Part shown: positions 1 to 14,800 of the stretch, piece after piece
How positions within the stretch are numbered: the stretch's first letter is position 1
How the letters are laid out: every line of letters begins with the position of its first letter
Assembly: GCF_009914755.1 (NCBI RefSeq)
Contig: NC_060940.1
Direction: 5' to 3' (one strand)
DNA length: 64,000 bases
Source of the DNA: the human T2T-CHM13v2.0 reference genome, Homo sapiens
Program-made: the position numbers and the translations under genes
The notes under the pieces: model-generated
Seen by the model: only the letters and a program-made list of their open reading frames with translations
Told to the model about the DNA's origin: nothing
Database searches by the model: none

Positions 1-3000
1 GAGTACATTAGATGATTCCATTCGATTCCATTCAATGATGATTCTATTTGTGTCCCTTAGATGATTCCACATGATTCCATTAGATGATGATACTATTTGA
101 GCCCATCCAATGATTCCCTTCGTTTCCATTCGATGAGGATTCCATTCGATTCAATTCATTGGTGATTCTATTCAATTCAATTCTTTGATTCCATTCCATT
201 CCATTCGACAATGATTCCATTCGATTTCTTTCGATGATTCCACTCGATTCCACTTGACATTGATTCCATTCGATTCCATTCAATGATTCCATTTGATTCC
301 AGTGGATGATGATTGCCATCGATTCCATTCGATCACTCCATTCTATTCCATTTGATGATGATTACATTCGATTCCATTTGATGATTCCATCTGATTCTAT
401 TCGAGGATTCCATTTGATTCCATTCGATGATGATTCCATTCGAGTCCATTCGATGATTTCATTCGAGTACATCCAATGATTCCATTCGAGTCCATTAGAT
501 GATTCCATTTGATTCCATTTGAAAATGATTCTACTAGAGTCCATTCAATGACTCCATTCGAGTCCATTCAACAATTCCATTCGACTCCATTCGATGATTC
601 CATTCGATTCTATTTGATGGTTCCATTCGAGTCCATTTAATCATTACAGTCGAGTCCATTTGGTGATTCCACTGGATTTCTTTTGATAATGATACCATTC
701 AATTACATTTGATGATGATCCCATTCAATTTCATTTGATGATGATTCCATTAGAGTCCATTCGATGATTTCATTCGAGTCCCTTCATTGATTCCATCCAA
801 TTTCATTGGATGATGACTCCATTCGAGTCCATTCGATGATTCCACTCGATTCCATTAGATGACTCCATTGGAGTCCATTTGATTGTTCCATTCGATTCCA
901 TTCGATTCCTTTCGAAGATTATTCCATTTGAGTCCATTCGATGATGATTCCATTCCATTCCATTCCATGATTCCGTTTGATTCCATTCGATGATTCCCTT
1001 CGATTCCTTTCTTTGATGATTCCATTCCATTCCATTCAATGATTCCATTCGAATCTATTCCATGATGATTCCTTTCGATTCCATTCGCTGATGTTTCCGT
1101 TCAATTCCATTCGATGATGATTCCATTCGATTCCATTCATTGAGGATTCCATTTGATTCCATTCAATGATGATTCCATTCTATTCCATTCAATGATTGCA
1201 TTCAATTCCATTCAATGATTATCCCATTAGAGTAAACTCAACGATTCCATTCAATACCATTCGATGATGATTCCTTTTGAGTCCATTCAATGATTTCATT
1301 CAAGTCCATTTGATGATTCCTTTCAATTCCATTCTATGATGATTCCATTCGAGTCCATTCGATGATTCCATTCGATTGCATTCGATGATTCCATTATATT
1401 CCACTCAACGATGATTCCATTCGAGTCCATTCGATGATTCCATTAGAGTACATTTAATGATTGCTTTGTTTTCAATTCGAAGATGATTACATTGGATTCC
1501 ATTCTATGATACCATTCGATTCCATTCAATGATGATTCCACTCAAATCCATTGGATGATTCCATTCGTGTCCATTCGGTGATTTCATTAGATTCCATTCG
1601 AGGATGATTCCATTCGATTCCATTCGATGATTCCATTCAATTCCATTCGATGATGATTCCATTCCAGTCCATATGATCATTCCATTTGATTTCATTCGAT
1701 GATGATTCCATTCAATTCGATTCGACGATTCCATTCTATTCCATTCGATGATGATTCCATTCGAGTCCATTCGATGATTCCATTCGAGTCCATTTAATGA
1801 TTCCATTGGGTTCAATTCAATGATGATTACATTGGATTCCGTTCTATGATTCCATTCAATTCCGTTCATTGACAATTTGATTCCATTCGATGATGATTCC
1901 ATTTGAGTTCATTCGATGATTCTATTCGATTCTCTTCGATGGTGATTCAATTCTATTATATTGGATGATTCCATTCGATTCCATTTGATGTTGATTCAAT
2001 TCGATTCTATTCGATGATGATTCCATTGGATTTCACTTGATGATTCTATTCGATTCCATTCAATGATGATTCACTTCTCGTCCATTGGATGATTCCATTT
2101 CATTCCATTCGATGATGATTCCATTCGATTCCATTCGATGATTCCATTTGATTCCATGCGACGGTGAGCAATTCGATTCAATTCCATGATGATTCTATTT
2201 GATTCAATTAGATGATGTTTCCATTCGAATCCATTCCATGATTATTCCATTGGAATCCATTCGGCGATGATTCCATATGAGTCAATTCAATGATGATTCC
2301 ATATGGGTCCGTTCGATGATAATTCCATTTGATTTCATTCGATGCTTCTATTCTATTCCAGTCGATGATGATTCCGTTGGAGTCCATACGATGATTCCAT
2401 TTGATTTCATTTGATGATGATTCCATTCGATGATGATTACATTGGATTCCATTCTATGATTCCATTCAATTCCATTCGTTGATGATTCGATTCCATTCAA
2501 TGATGATTCCGTTTGAGTTCATTCGATGATTCTATTCGATTCCGTTCGATGGTGATTCAATTCTATTATATTGGATGATTCCACTCGATTCCATTTGATG
2601 ATTATTCCATTGGAGTCCACTTAGTGAATCCTTTAGATTCTACTCGACGATGATTCCATTCGAGTCCATTCGATGATACCATTCAATTCCATTCGTTGAT
2701 GCTTCCATTCAAGTGCATTCGATGATATCATTCGATTCCATTTGATGATAATTCCATTTGATTCCATGCGATGATTCTATTCGATTCCATTCAATGATAA
2801 TTCCATTCAATTCAGTGATTCCTCTGGACTCCATTTGATGATGATTCCATTCAATGATTCCATTCGATTCTATTCGAAAATGATTCCATTTGAATCCATT
2901 TGATGATGATTCCATTAGATTCCATTTGATGATTCCATTCGATTCCATTCGACGATGATTCCATTCGATTCCGTTTGATGATTCCATTCTATTCTATTCG

Positions 3001-5738
3001 ATGATGATTCCATTCGATTCCATTCGATGATGATTGGATTCGATTCCATTTGATGATTTCATTTGATTCCATTCGTTAATGATTTCGATCAATTCCATTC
3101 GATGATTCCATTCGATTCCATTCGATAATGATTACATCCGAGTCCATTCGATGATTCCCTTTGAGCCTGTTCGATAATTCCATTTGAGTCCAACCAATGA
3201 TTCCATTCATTTCCATTCAATGATTCCATTCGAGTCCATTTGATCATTCCGGTAGGGTCCATTCGATGTTGATTCCATTGGAGTGCATTCGATGATTCCA
3301 TTCGAGTCCATTTTAGGATTTGATTCGAGTCCTTTCGATGATTCCATTCGATTCCACTCGATGATGATTTCATTCGAGTCCATTCGACACTTCCAATCGA
3401 TTCCATTTGATGATTCCATTCGAGTCCAATTGATGATTCCATTCAATTCCATTCGATGATGATTCCGTACGATTCCATTCTGTGATGATTCCATGTGATT
3501 GCATTCAATGATGATTCCTTTCGATTGCATTCGATTATGATTCATTTCGTGTTCATTCTATGGTTCCACAGGTTTCCATTCGTGTCCATTCCATTATTCC
3601 ATTCTATTCCATTTGATGATGATTCCATTCGATTCCATTCATTGGTGATTCCACTCAATTCCATTCAATGATTCCATTCCATTTCTTTCAACAATGATTC
3701 CATTAGTTTCTAATCGATGATCCACTTGATTCCATTTGACGACGATTCCATTCTTGTCCATTCGATGATTCCATTTGATTCCATATGATGATGATTCCAT
3801 TCGATTCCATACCATGATGATTCCATTCGAGTCCATTCAATGGTGATTCCATTCAATTCCATTCGATGATTCCTTTTGATTCCATTCGATGATGATGGCA
3901 TTCGATTCCTTTCAATCATTCCCTTTGATTTCATTCAAAGGTGATTTCATTCAAGTCCATTCGATAATTGCATTCGATTCCATTCTATGATGATTCCATT
4001 CGAGTCCATTTGATGATTCCATTCAATTCAAGTCAATGATGATTCCATTCGATTCCATTCGATGATTCCATTGGATTCCATTCGATGATGATTCCATTCA
4101 AATCCATTCGATAATTCAATTCAAGTCCATTCGATGATGATTCCAATCGAATCCATTCAAAGATTCCATTCAGTTCCATTCGATGATTCCCTTAGATTCC
4201 ATTCGATGATTCCACTTGATTGCATTTACGATGATTCCATTCGATTCCATGTGATGATTCCATTCAATTCTATTCAATGATGTCTCCATTTGATTCCATT
4301 CGACCATGATTGCCTTTGATTCCATTCAATGATTCCATTCGGTTCCGTTTGATGATGATTCCGTTCGATTCCATTTGATGATTCCATTTGATTCCATTGG
4401 ATGAGTCCATTCGATTACATTCGATGATTATTCCATTCGAGTGCATTAGATGATTCCATTCGAGTCCATTCGATGATTCCATTCGATTCCATTCGATGTT
4501 GATTCTGTTCAAATCCATTCGATGATTCCACTCGATTCCATTCGTTGACTCCATTTGATCCCATTCGATGATTTCCTTTGATTCCCTTTGATGATCATTC
4601 CATTTGATTCAATTCGGTGATTTCATTTGATTCCATTCAGTGATGTTTCCATTCGACTCCATTCGATGATGATTCCATTCGACTCCATTCGATTATGATT
4701 TCATTCAATTCCATTCGATAATGATTCCCTTCGAGTCCATTCGATGATTCCATTCGATTCCATTCAACGATGATTTGATTCGTGTCCATTCGATGATTCC
4801 ATTTGATTCCACTTGATGATGATTCCATTCGAGTCCATTTGATGATTCCATTCAATTCCATACTCCGATGATTTCTTTTGAGCCCACTCAATGCTTCCAC
4901 TCGATTCCATATGATGATGACTCCATTCGATGAAATTCGATGATGATTCCATTCGCTTGCTTTCGATGATGATTCCACTTGAGTCCGTTAGAAGATTCTA
5001 TTCAATTACATTCCAGGACGATTCCGTTCGAGTCCATTTGATGATTCCATTAGACTCCATTCGACGATGATTCCATTCGATGTTATTCGATGATTCCATT
5101 CGATCTCATTCGATGATGATTCCATTCAACTCCATTCGATGTTTCCATTCGAGTTCATTCTATTATTCCATTAGATTCCATTCGATGATGATTCCATTCG
5201 ATTCCATTTGATGATTGCATTCTATTTCATTTGATGATGATTCCATTCGAGTCCACTCGATGATTCCATTCGAGTCCATTTAATGAATCCATTGGTTTCA
5301 ATTCTATGATGATTACACTGGATTCCATTCGTTGATGATTTCATTCGGTTCCATTCCATGATGATTCCATTCCTTTCCATTCAATGATTCCATTCGATTC
5401 CGTTTGATGATGATTTCATTCGAGTCCATTTGATGATTCCATTTGATTTCTTTCGATGATGATTCCATTCGAGTCCATTCGATGATTCTATTCGAATCCA
5501 TTTGATGATTTCTTTTGATTATATTTGGTGATGATTCCATTGGAGTCCATTCAATGATTCCATTCTATTCCAATCGATGATGATTCCATTAGAGTCCAGT
5601 TAATGATTCCATTTGATTCCAGTCTCTGATGATTACATTCGAGTCCATACGATGATTCCACTCAATTCCATATGATGATGATTCCATTTGATTCCATTCG
5701 GTGATTCCGTTCTATTCTATTCAATGGTGATTCCATTC
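1..5738 (+). repeat. 6.1-kb unit copy 1 (5738 bp; 374-bp deletion near 5350). Unit phase set arbitrarily at window position 1
   Basis: Anchor GAGTACATTAGATGATTCC at 1 recurs at 5739; 6112-5738=374. Confidence 0.93.
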
Positions 5739-8700
5739 GAGTACATTAGATGATTCCATTCGATTCCATTCATTGATGATTCTATTTGTGTCCCTTAGAT
5801 GATTCCACATGATTCCATTAGATGATGATACTATTTGAGCCCATCCAATGATTCCCTTCGATTCCATTCGATGAGGATTCCATTCGATTCAATTCATTGG
5901 TGATTCTATTCAATTCAATTCTTTGATTCCATTCCATTCCATTCGACAATGATTCCATTCGATTTCTTTCGATGATTCCACTCGATTCCACTTGACATTG
6001 ATTCCATTCGATTCCATTCAATGATTCCATTTGATTCCAGTGGATGATGATTGCCATCGATTCCATTCGATCACTCCATTCTATTCCATTTGATGATGAT
6101 TACATTCGATTCCATTTGATGATTCCATCTGATTCTATTCGAGGATTCCATTTGATTCCATTCGATGATGATTCCATTCGAGTCCATTCGATGATTTCAT
6201 TCGAGTACATCCAATGATTCCATTCGAGTCCATTAGATGATTCCATTTGATTCCATTTGAAAATGATTCTACTAGAGTCCATTCAATGACTCCATTCGAG
6301 TCCATTCAACAATTCCATTCGACTCCATTCGATGATTCCATTCGATTCCATTTGATGGTTCCATTCGAGTCCATTTAATCATTACAGTCGAGTCCATTTG
6401 GTGATTCCACTGGATTTCTTTTGATAATGATACCATTCAATTACATTTGATGATGATCCCATTCAATTTCATTTGATGATGATTCCATTAGAGTCCATTC
6501 GATGATTTCATTCGAGTCCCTTCATTGATTCCATCCGATTTCATTGGATGATGACTCCATTCGAGTCCATTCGATGATTCCACTCGATTCCATTAGATGA
6601 CTCCATTGGAGTCCATTTGATTGTTCCATTCGATTCCATTTGATTCCTTTCGAAGATTATTCCATTTGAGTCCATTCGATGATGATTCCATTCCATTCCA
6701 TTCCATGATTCCGTTTGATTCCATTCGATGATTCCCTTCGATTCCTTTCTTTGATGATTCCATTCCATTCCATTCAATGATTCCATTCGAATCTATTCCA
6801 TGATGATTCCTTTCGATTCCATTCGCTGATGTTTCCGTTCAATTCCATTCGATGATGATTCCATTCGATTCCATTCATTGAGGATTCCATTTGATTCCAT
6901 TCAATGATGATTCCATTCTATTCCATTCAATGATTGCATTCAATTCCATTCAATGATTATCCCATTAGAGTAAACTCAACGATTCCATTCAATATCATTC
7001 GATGATGATTCCTTTTGAGTCCATTCAATGATTTCATTCAAGTCCATTTGATGATTCCTTTCAATTCCATTCTATGATGATTCCATTCGAGTCCATTCGA
7101 TGATTCCATTCGATTGCATTCGATGATTCCATTATATTCCATTCAACGATGATTCCATTCGAGTCCATTCCATGATTCCATTAGAGTACATTTAATGATT
7201 GCTTTGTTTTCAATTCGAAGATGATTACATTGGATTCCATTCTATGATACCATTCGATTCCATTCAATGATGATTCCACTCAAATCCATTGGATGATTCC
7301 ATTCGTGTCCATTCGGTGATTTCATTAGATTCCATTCGAGGATGATTCCATTCGATTCCATTCGATGATGATTCCATTCCAGTCCATATGATCATTCCAT
7401 TTGATTTCATTCGATGATGATTCCATTCGATTCCATTCGACGATTTCATTCTATTCCATTCAATGATGATTCCATTCGAGTCCATTCGATGATTCCATTC
7501 GAGTCCATTTAATGATTCCATTGGGTTCAATTCAATGATGATTACATTGGATTCCGTTCTATGATTCCATTCAATTCCGTTCATTGACAATTTGATTCCA
7601 TTCGATGATGATTCCATTTGAGTTCATTCGATGATTCTATTCGATTCTCTTCGATGGTGATTCAATTCTATTATATTGGATGATTCCATTCGATTCCATT
7701 TGATGTTGATTCAATTCGATTCTATTCGATGATGATTCCATTGGATTTCACTTGATGATTCTATTCGATTCCATTCAATGATGATTCACTTCTCGTCCAT
7801 TGGATGATTCCATTTCATTCCATTCGATGATGATTCCATTCGATTCCATTCGATGATTCCATTTGATTCCATGCGACGGTGAGCAATTCGATTCAATTCC
7901 ATGATGATTCTATTTGATTCAATTAGATGATGTTTCCATTCGAATCCATTCCATGATTATTCCATTGGAATCCATTCGGCGATGATTCCATATGAGTCAA
8001 TTCAATGATGATTCCATATGGGTCCGTTCGATGATAATTCCATTTGATTTCATTCGATGCTTCTATTCTATTCCAGTCGATGATGATTCCGTTGGAGTCC
8101 ATACGATGATTCCATTTGATTTCATTTGATGATGATTCCATTCGATGATGATTACATTGGATTCCATTCTATGATTCCATTCAATTCCATTCGTTGATGA
8201 TTCGATTCCATTCAATGATGATTCCATTTGAGTTCATTCGATGATTCTATTCGATTCCGTTCGATGGTGATTCAATTCTATTATATTGGATGATTCCACT
8301 CGATTCCATTTGATGATTATTCCATTGGAGTCCACTTAGTGAATCCTTTAGATTCTACTCGACGATGATTCCATTCGAGTCCATTCGATGATACCATTCA
8401 ATTCCATTCGTTGATGCTTCCATTCAAGTGCATTCGATGATATCATTCGATTCCATTTGATGATAATTCCATTTGATTCCATGCGATGATTCTATTCGAT
8501 TCCATTCAATGATAATTCCATTCAATTCAGTGATTCCTCTGGACTCCATTTGATGATGATTCCATTCAATGATTCCATTCGATTCTATTCGAAAATGATT
8601 CCATTTGAATCCATTTGATGATGATTCCATTAGATTCCATTTGATGATTCCATTCGATTCCATTCGACGATGATTCCATTCCATTCCGTTTGATGATTCC

Positions 8701-11700
8701 ATTCTATTCTATTCGATGATGATTCCATTCGATTCCATTCGATGATGATTGGATTCGATTCCATTGGATGATTTCATTTGATTCCATTCGTTAATGATTT
8801 CGATCAATTCCATTCGATGATTCCATTCGATTCCATTCGATAATGATTACATCCGAGTCCATTCGATGATTCCCTTTGAGCCTGTTCGATAATTCCATTT
8901 GAGTCCAACCAATGATTCCATTCATTTCCATTCAATGATTCCATTCGAGTCCATTTGATCATTCCGGTAGGGTCCATTCGATGTTGATTCCATTGGAGTG
9001 CATTCGATGATTCCATTCGAGTCCATTTTAGGATTTGATTCGAGTCCTTTCGATGATTCCATTCGATTCCACTCGATGATGATTTCATTCGAGTCCATTC
9101 GACACTTCCAATCGATTCCATTTGATGATTCCATTCGAGTCCAATTGATGATTCCATTCAATTCCATTCGATGATGATTCCGTACGATTCCATTCTGTGA
9201 TGATTCCATGTGATTGCATTCAATGATGATTCCTTTCGATTGCATTCGATTATGATTCATTTCGTGTTCATTCTATGGTTCCACAGGTTTCCATTCGTGT
9301 CCATTCCATTATTCCATTCTATTCCATTTGATGATGATTCCATTCGATTCCATTCATTGGTGATTCCACTCAATTCCATTCAATGATTCCATTCCATTTC
9401 TTTCAACAATGATTCCATTAGTTTCTAATTGATGATCCACTTGATTCCATTTGACGACGATTCCATTCTTGTCCATTCGATGATTCCATTTGATTCCATA
9501 TGATGATGATTCCATTCGATTCCATACCATGATGATTCCATTCGAGTCCATTCAATGGTGATTCCATTCAATTCCATTCGATGATTCCTTTTGATTCCAT
9601 TCGATGATGATGGCATTCGATTCCTTTCAATCATTCCCTTTGATTCCATTCAAAGGTGATTTCATTCAAGTCCATTCGATAATTGCATTCGATTCCATTC
9701 TATGATGATTCCATTCGAGTCCATTTGATGATTCCATTCAATTCAAGTCAATGATGATTCCATTCGATTCCATTCGATGATTCCATTGGATTCCATTCGA
9801 TGATGATTCCATTCAAATCCATTCGATAATTCAATTCAAGTCCATTCGATGATGATTCCAATCGAATCCATTCAAAGATTCCATTCAGTTCCATTCGATG
9901 ATTCCCTTAGATTCCATTCGATGATTCCACTTGATTGCATTTACGATGATTCCATTCGATTCCATGTGATGATTCCATTCAATTCTATTCAATGATGTCT
10001 CCATTTGATTCCATTCGACCATGATTGCCTTTGATTCCATTCAATGATTCCATTCGGTTCCGTTTGATGATGATTCCGTTCGATTCCATTTGATGATTCC
10101 ATTTGATTCCATTGGATGAGTCCATTCGATTACATTCGATGATTATTCCATTCGAGTGCATTAGATGATTCCATTCGAGTCCATTCGATGATTCCATTCG
10201 ATTCCATTCGATGTTGATTCTGTTCAAATCCATTCGATGATTCCACTCGATTCCATTCGTTGACTCCATTTGATCCCATTCGATGATTTCCTTTGATTCC
10301 CTTTGATGATCATTCCATTTGATTCAATTCGGTGATTTCATTTGATTCCATTCAGTGATGTTTCCATTCGACTCCATTCGATGATGATTCCATTCGACTC
10401 CATTCGATTATGATTTCATTCAATTCCATTCGATAATGATTCCCTTCGAGTCCATTCGATGATTCCATTCGATTCCATTCAACGATGATTTGATTCGTGT
10501 CCATTCGATGATTCCATTTGATTCCACTTGATGATGATTCCATTCGAGTCCATTTGATGATTCCATTCAATTCCATACTCCGATGATTTCTTTTGAGCCC
10601 ACTCAATGCTTCCACTCGATTCCATATGATGATGACTCCATTCGATGAAATTCGATGATGATTCCATTCGCTTGCTTTCGATGATGATTCCACTTGAGTC
10701 CGTTAGAAGATTCTATTCAATTACATTCCATGACGATTCCGTTCGAGTCCATTTGATGATTCCATTAGACTCCATTCGACGATGATTCCATTCGATGTTA
10801 TTTGATGATTCCATTCGATCTCATTCGATGATGATTCCATTCAACTCCATTCGATGTTTCCATTCGAGTTCATTCTATTATTCCATTAGATTCCATTCGA
10901 TGATGATTCCATTCGATTCCATTTGATGATTGCATTCTATTTCATTTGATGATGATTCCATTCGAGTCCACTCGATGATTCCATTCGAGTCCATTTAATG
11001 AATCCATTGGTTTCAATTCTATGATGATTACATTGGATTCCATTCGTTGATGATTTCATTCGGTTCCATTCAATGATGATTCCATTCAATTCCTTTCAAT
11101 GTTTCAATTCAATTCCATACGATGATGATTCCATTTGATTTGATTCGACAGTGAGCCATTCGATTCAATTCCATGATGGTTCTATTTGATTCAATTGGTT
11201 GACATTTCCATTCGATTCCATTCGATGATGATTCCCTTTGATTCCGTTCAAAGATGATTCCATTCTAGCCCATTCAATCATTCCATTCGATTCTATTCAA
11301 TGATGATTCCATTCATGTCGATTTGGTGATTCCATTTGACTTCATTTGATGATGATTCCTTTCAAGTTCATTAGATGATTCCATTCGATTCCATTTGATG
11401 ATGATCCCATTCGAGTCCATTCAGTGATTCCATTCGTTTCTATTCCATGATGATTCCATTCCTTTCCATTCAATGATTCCATTCGATTCCGTTTGATGAT
11501 GATTTCATTCGAGTCCATTTGATGATTCCATTTGATTCCATTCGATGATGATTCCATTCGAGTCCATTCGATGATTCTATTCGAATCCATTTGATGATTT
11601 CTTTTGATTATATTTGGTGATGATTCCATTGGAGTCCATTCAATGATTCCATTCTATTCCAATCGATGATGATTCCATTAGAGTCCATTTAATGATTCCA

Positions 11701-11827
11701 TTTGATTCCAGTCTCTGATGATTACATTCGAGTCCATACGATGATTCCACTCAATTCCATATGATGATGATTCCATTTGATTCCATTCGGTGATTCCATT
11801 CTATTCTATTCAATGGTGATTCCATTC
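5739..11827 (+). repeat. 6.1-kb unit copy 2 (6089 bp; 23-bp deletion near 7365)
   Basis: Anchor at 5739 and 11828; spacing 6089 = 6112-23. Confidence 0.93.
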
Positions 11828-14800
11828 GAGTACATTAGATGATTCCATTCGATTCCATTCAATGATGATTCTATTTGTGTCCCTTAGATGATTCCACATG
11901 ATTCCATTAGATGATGATACTATTTGAGCCCATCCAATGATTCCCTTCGATTCCATTCGATGAGGATTCCATTCGATTCAATTCATTGGTGATTCTATTC
12001 AATTCAATTCTTTGATTCCATTCCATTCCATTCGACAATGATTCCATTCGATTTCTTTCGATGATTCCACTCGATTCCACTTGACATTGATTCCATTCGA
12101 TTCCATTCAATGATTCCATTTGATTCCAGTGGATGATGATTGCCATCGATTCCATTCGATCACTCCATTCTATTCCATTTGATGATGATTACATTCGATT
12201 CCATTTGATGATTCCATCTGATTCTATTCGAGGATTCCATTTGATTCCATTCGATGATGATTCCATTCGAGTCCATTCGATGATTTCATTCGAGTACATC
12301 CAATGATTCCATTCGAGTCCATTAGATGATTCCATTTGATTCCATTTGAAAATGATTCTACTAGAGTCCATTCAATGACTCCATTCGAGTCCATTCAACA
12401 ATTCCATTCGACTCCATTCGATGATTCCATTCGATTCCATTTGATGGTTCCATTCGAGTCCATTTAATCATTACAGTCGAGTCCATTTGGTGATTCCACT
12501 GGATTTCTTTTGATAATGATACCATTCAATTACATTTGATGATGATCCCATTCAATTTCATTTGATGATGATTCCATTAGAGTCCATTCGATGATTTCAT
12601 TCGAGTCCCTTCATTGATTCCATCCAATTTCATTGGATGATGACTCCATTCGAGTCCATTCGATGATTCCACTCGATTCCATTAGATGACTCCATTGGAG
12701 TCCATTTGATTGTTCCATTCGATTCCATTCGATTCCTTTCGAAGATTATTCCATTTGAGTCCATTCGATGATGATTCCATTCCATTCCATTCGATGATTC
12801 CGTTTGATTCCATTCGATGATTCCCTTCGATTCCTTTCTTTGATGATTCCATTCCATTCCATTCAATGATTCCATTCGAATCTATTCCATGATGATTCCT
12901 TTCGATTCCATTCGCTGATGTTTCCGTTCAATTCCATTCGATGATGATTCCATTCGATTCCATTCATTGAGGATTCCATTTGATTCCATTCAATGATGAT
13001 TCCATTCTATTCCATTCAATGATTGCATTCAATTCCATTCAATGATTATCCCATTAGAGTAAACTCAACGATTCCATTCAATACCATTCGATGATGATTC
13101 CTTTTGAGTCCATTCAATGATTTCATTCAAGTCCATTTGATGATTCCTTTCAATTCCATTCTATGATGATTCCATTCGAGTCCATTCGATGATTCCATTC
13201 GATTGCATTCGATGATTCCATTATATTCCAGTCAACGATGATTCCATTCGAGTCCATTCGATGATTCCATTAGAGTACATTTAATGATTGCTTTGTTTTC
13301 AATTCGAAGATGATTACATTGGATTCCATTCTATGATACCATTCGATTCCATTCAATGATGATTCCACTCAAATCCATTGGATGATTCCATTCGTGTCCA
13401 TTCGGTGATTTCATTAGATTCCATTCGAGGATGATTCCATTCGATTCCATTCGATGATTCCATTCAATTCCATTCGATGATGATTCCATTCCATTCCATA
13501 TGATCATTCCATTTGATTTCATTCGATGATGATTCCATTCAATTCGATTCGACGATTCCATTCTATTCCATTCGATGATGATTCCATTCGAGTCCATTCG
13601 ATGATTCCATTCGAGTCCATTTAATGATTCCATTGGGTTCAATTCAATGATGATTACATTGGATTCCGTTCTATGATTCCATTCAATTCCGTTCATTGAC
13701 AATTTGATTCCATTCGATGATGATTCCATTTGAGTTCATTCTATGATTCTATTTGATTCTCTTCGATGGTGATTCAATTCTATTATATTGGATGATTCCA
13801 TTCGATTCCATTTGATGTTGATTCAATTCGATTCTATTCGATGATGATTCCATTGGATTTCACTTGATGATTCTATTCGATTCCATTCAATGATGATTCA
13901 CTTCTCGTCCATTGGATGATTCCATTTCATTCCATTCGATGATGATTCCATTCGATTCCATTCGATGATTCCATTTGATTCCATGCGACGGTGAGCAATT
14001 CGATTCAATTCCATGATGATTCTATTTGATTCAATTAGATGATGTTTCCATTCGAATCCATTCCATGATTATTCCATTGGAATCCATTCGGCGATGATTC
14101 CATATGAGTCAATTCAATGATGATTCCATATGGGTCCGTTCGATGATAATTCCATTTGATTTCATTCGATGCTTCTATTCTATTCCAGTCGATGATGATT
14201 CCGTTGGAGTCCATACGATGATTCCATTTGATTTCATTTGATGATGATTCCATTCGATGATGATTACATTGGATTCCATTCTATGATTCCATTCAATTCC
14301 ATTCGTTGATGATTCGATTCCATTCAATGATGATTCCATTTGAGTTCATTCGATGATTCTATTCGATTCCGTTCGATGGTGATTCAATTCTATTATATTG
14401 GATGATTCCACTCGATTCCATTTGATGATTATTCCATTGGAGTCCACTTAGTGAATCCTTTAGATTCTACTCGACGATGATTCCATTCGAGTCCATTCGA
14501 TGATACCATTCAATTCCATTCGTTGATGCTTCCATTCAAGTGCATTCGATGATATCATTCGATTCCATTTGATGATAATTCCATTTGATTCCATGCGATG
14601 ATTCTATTCGATTCCATTCAATGATAATTCCATTCAATTCAGTGATTCCTCTGGACTCCATTTGATGATGATTCCATTCAATGATTCCATTCGATTCTAT
14701 TCGAAAATGATTCCATTTGAATCCATTTGATGATGATTCCATTAGATTCCATTTGATGATTCCATTCGATTCCATTCGACGATGATTCCATTCCATTCCG

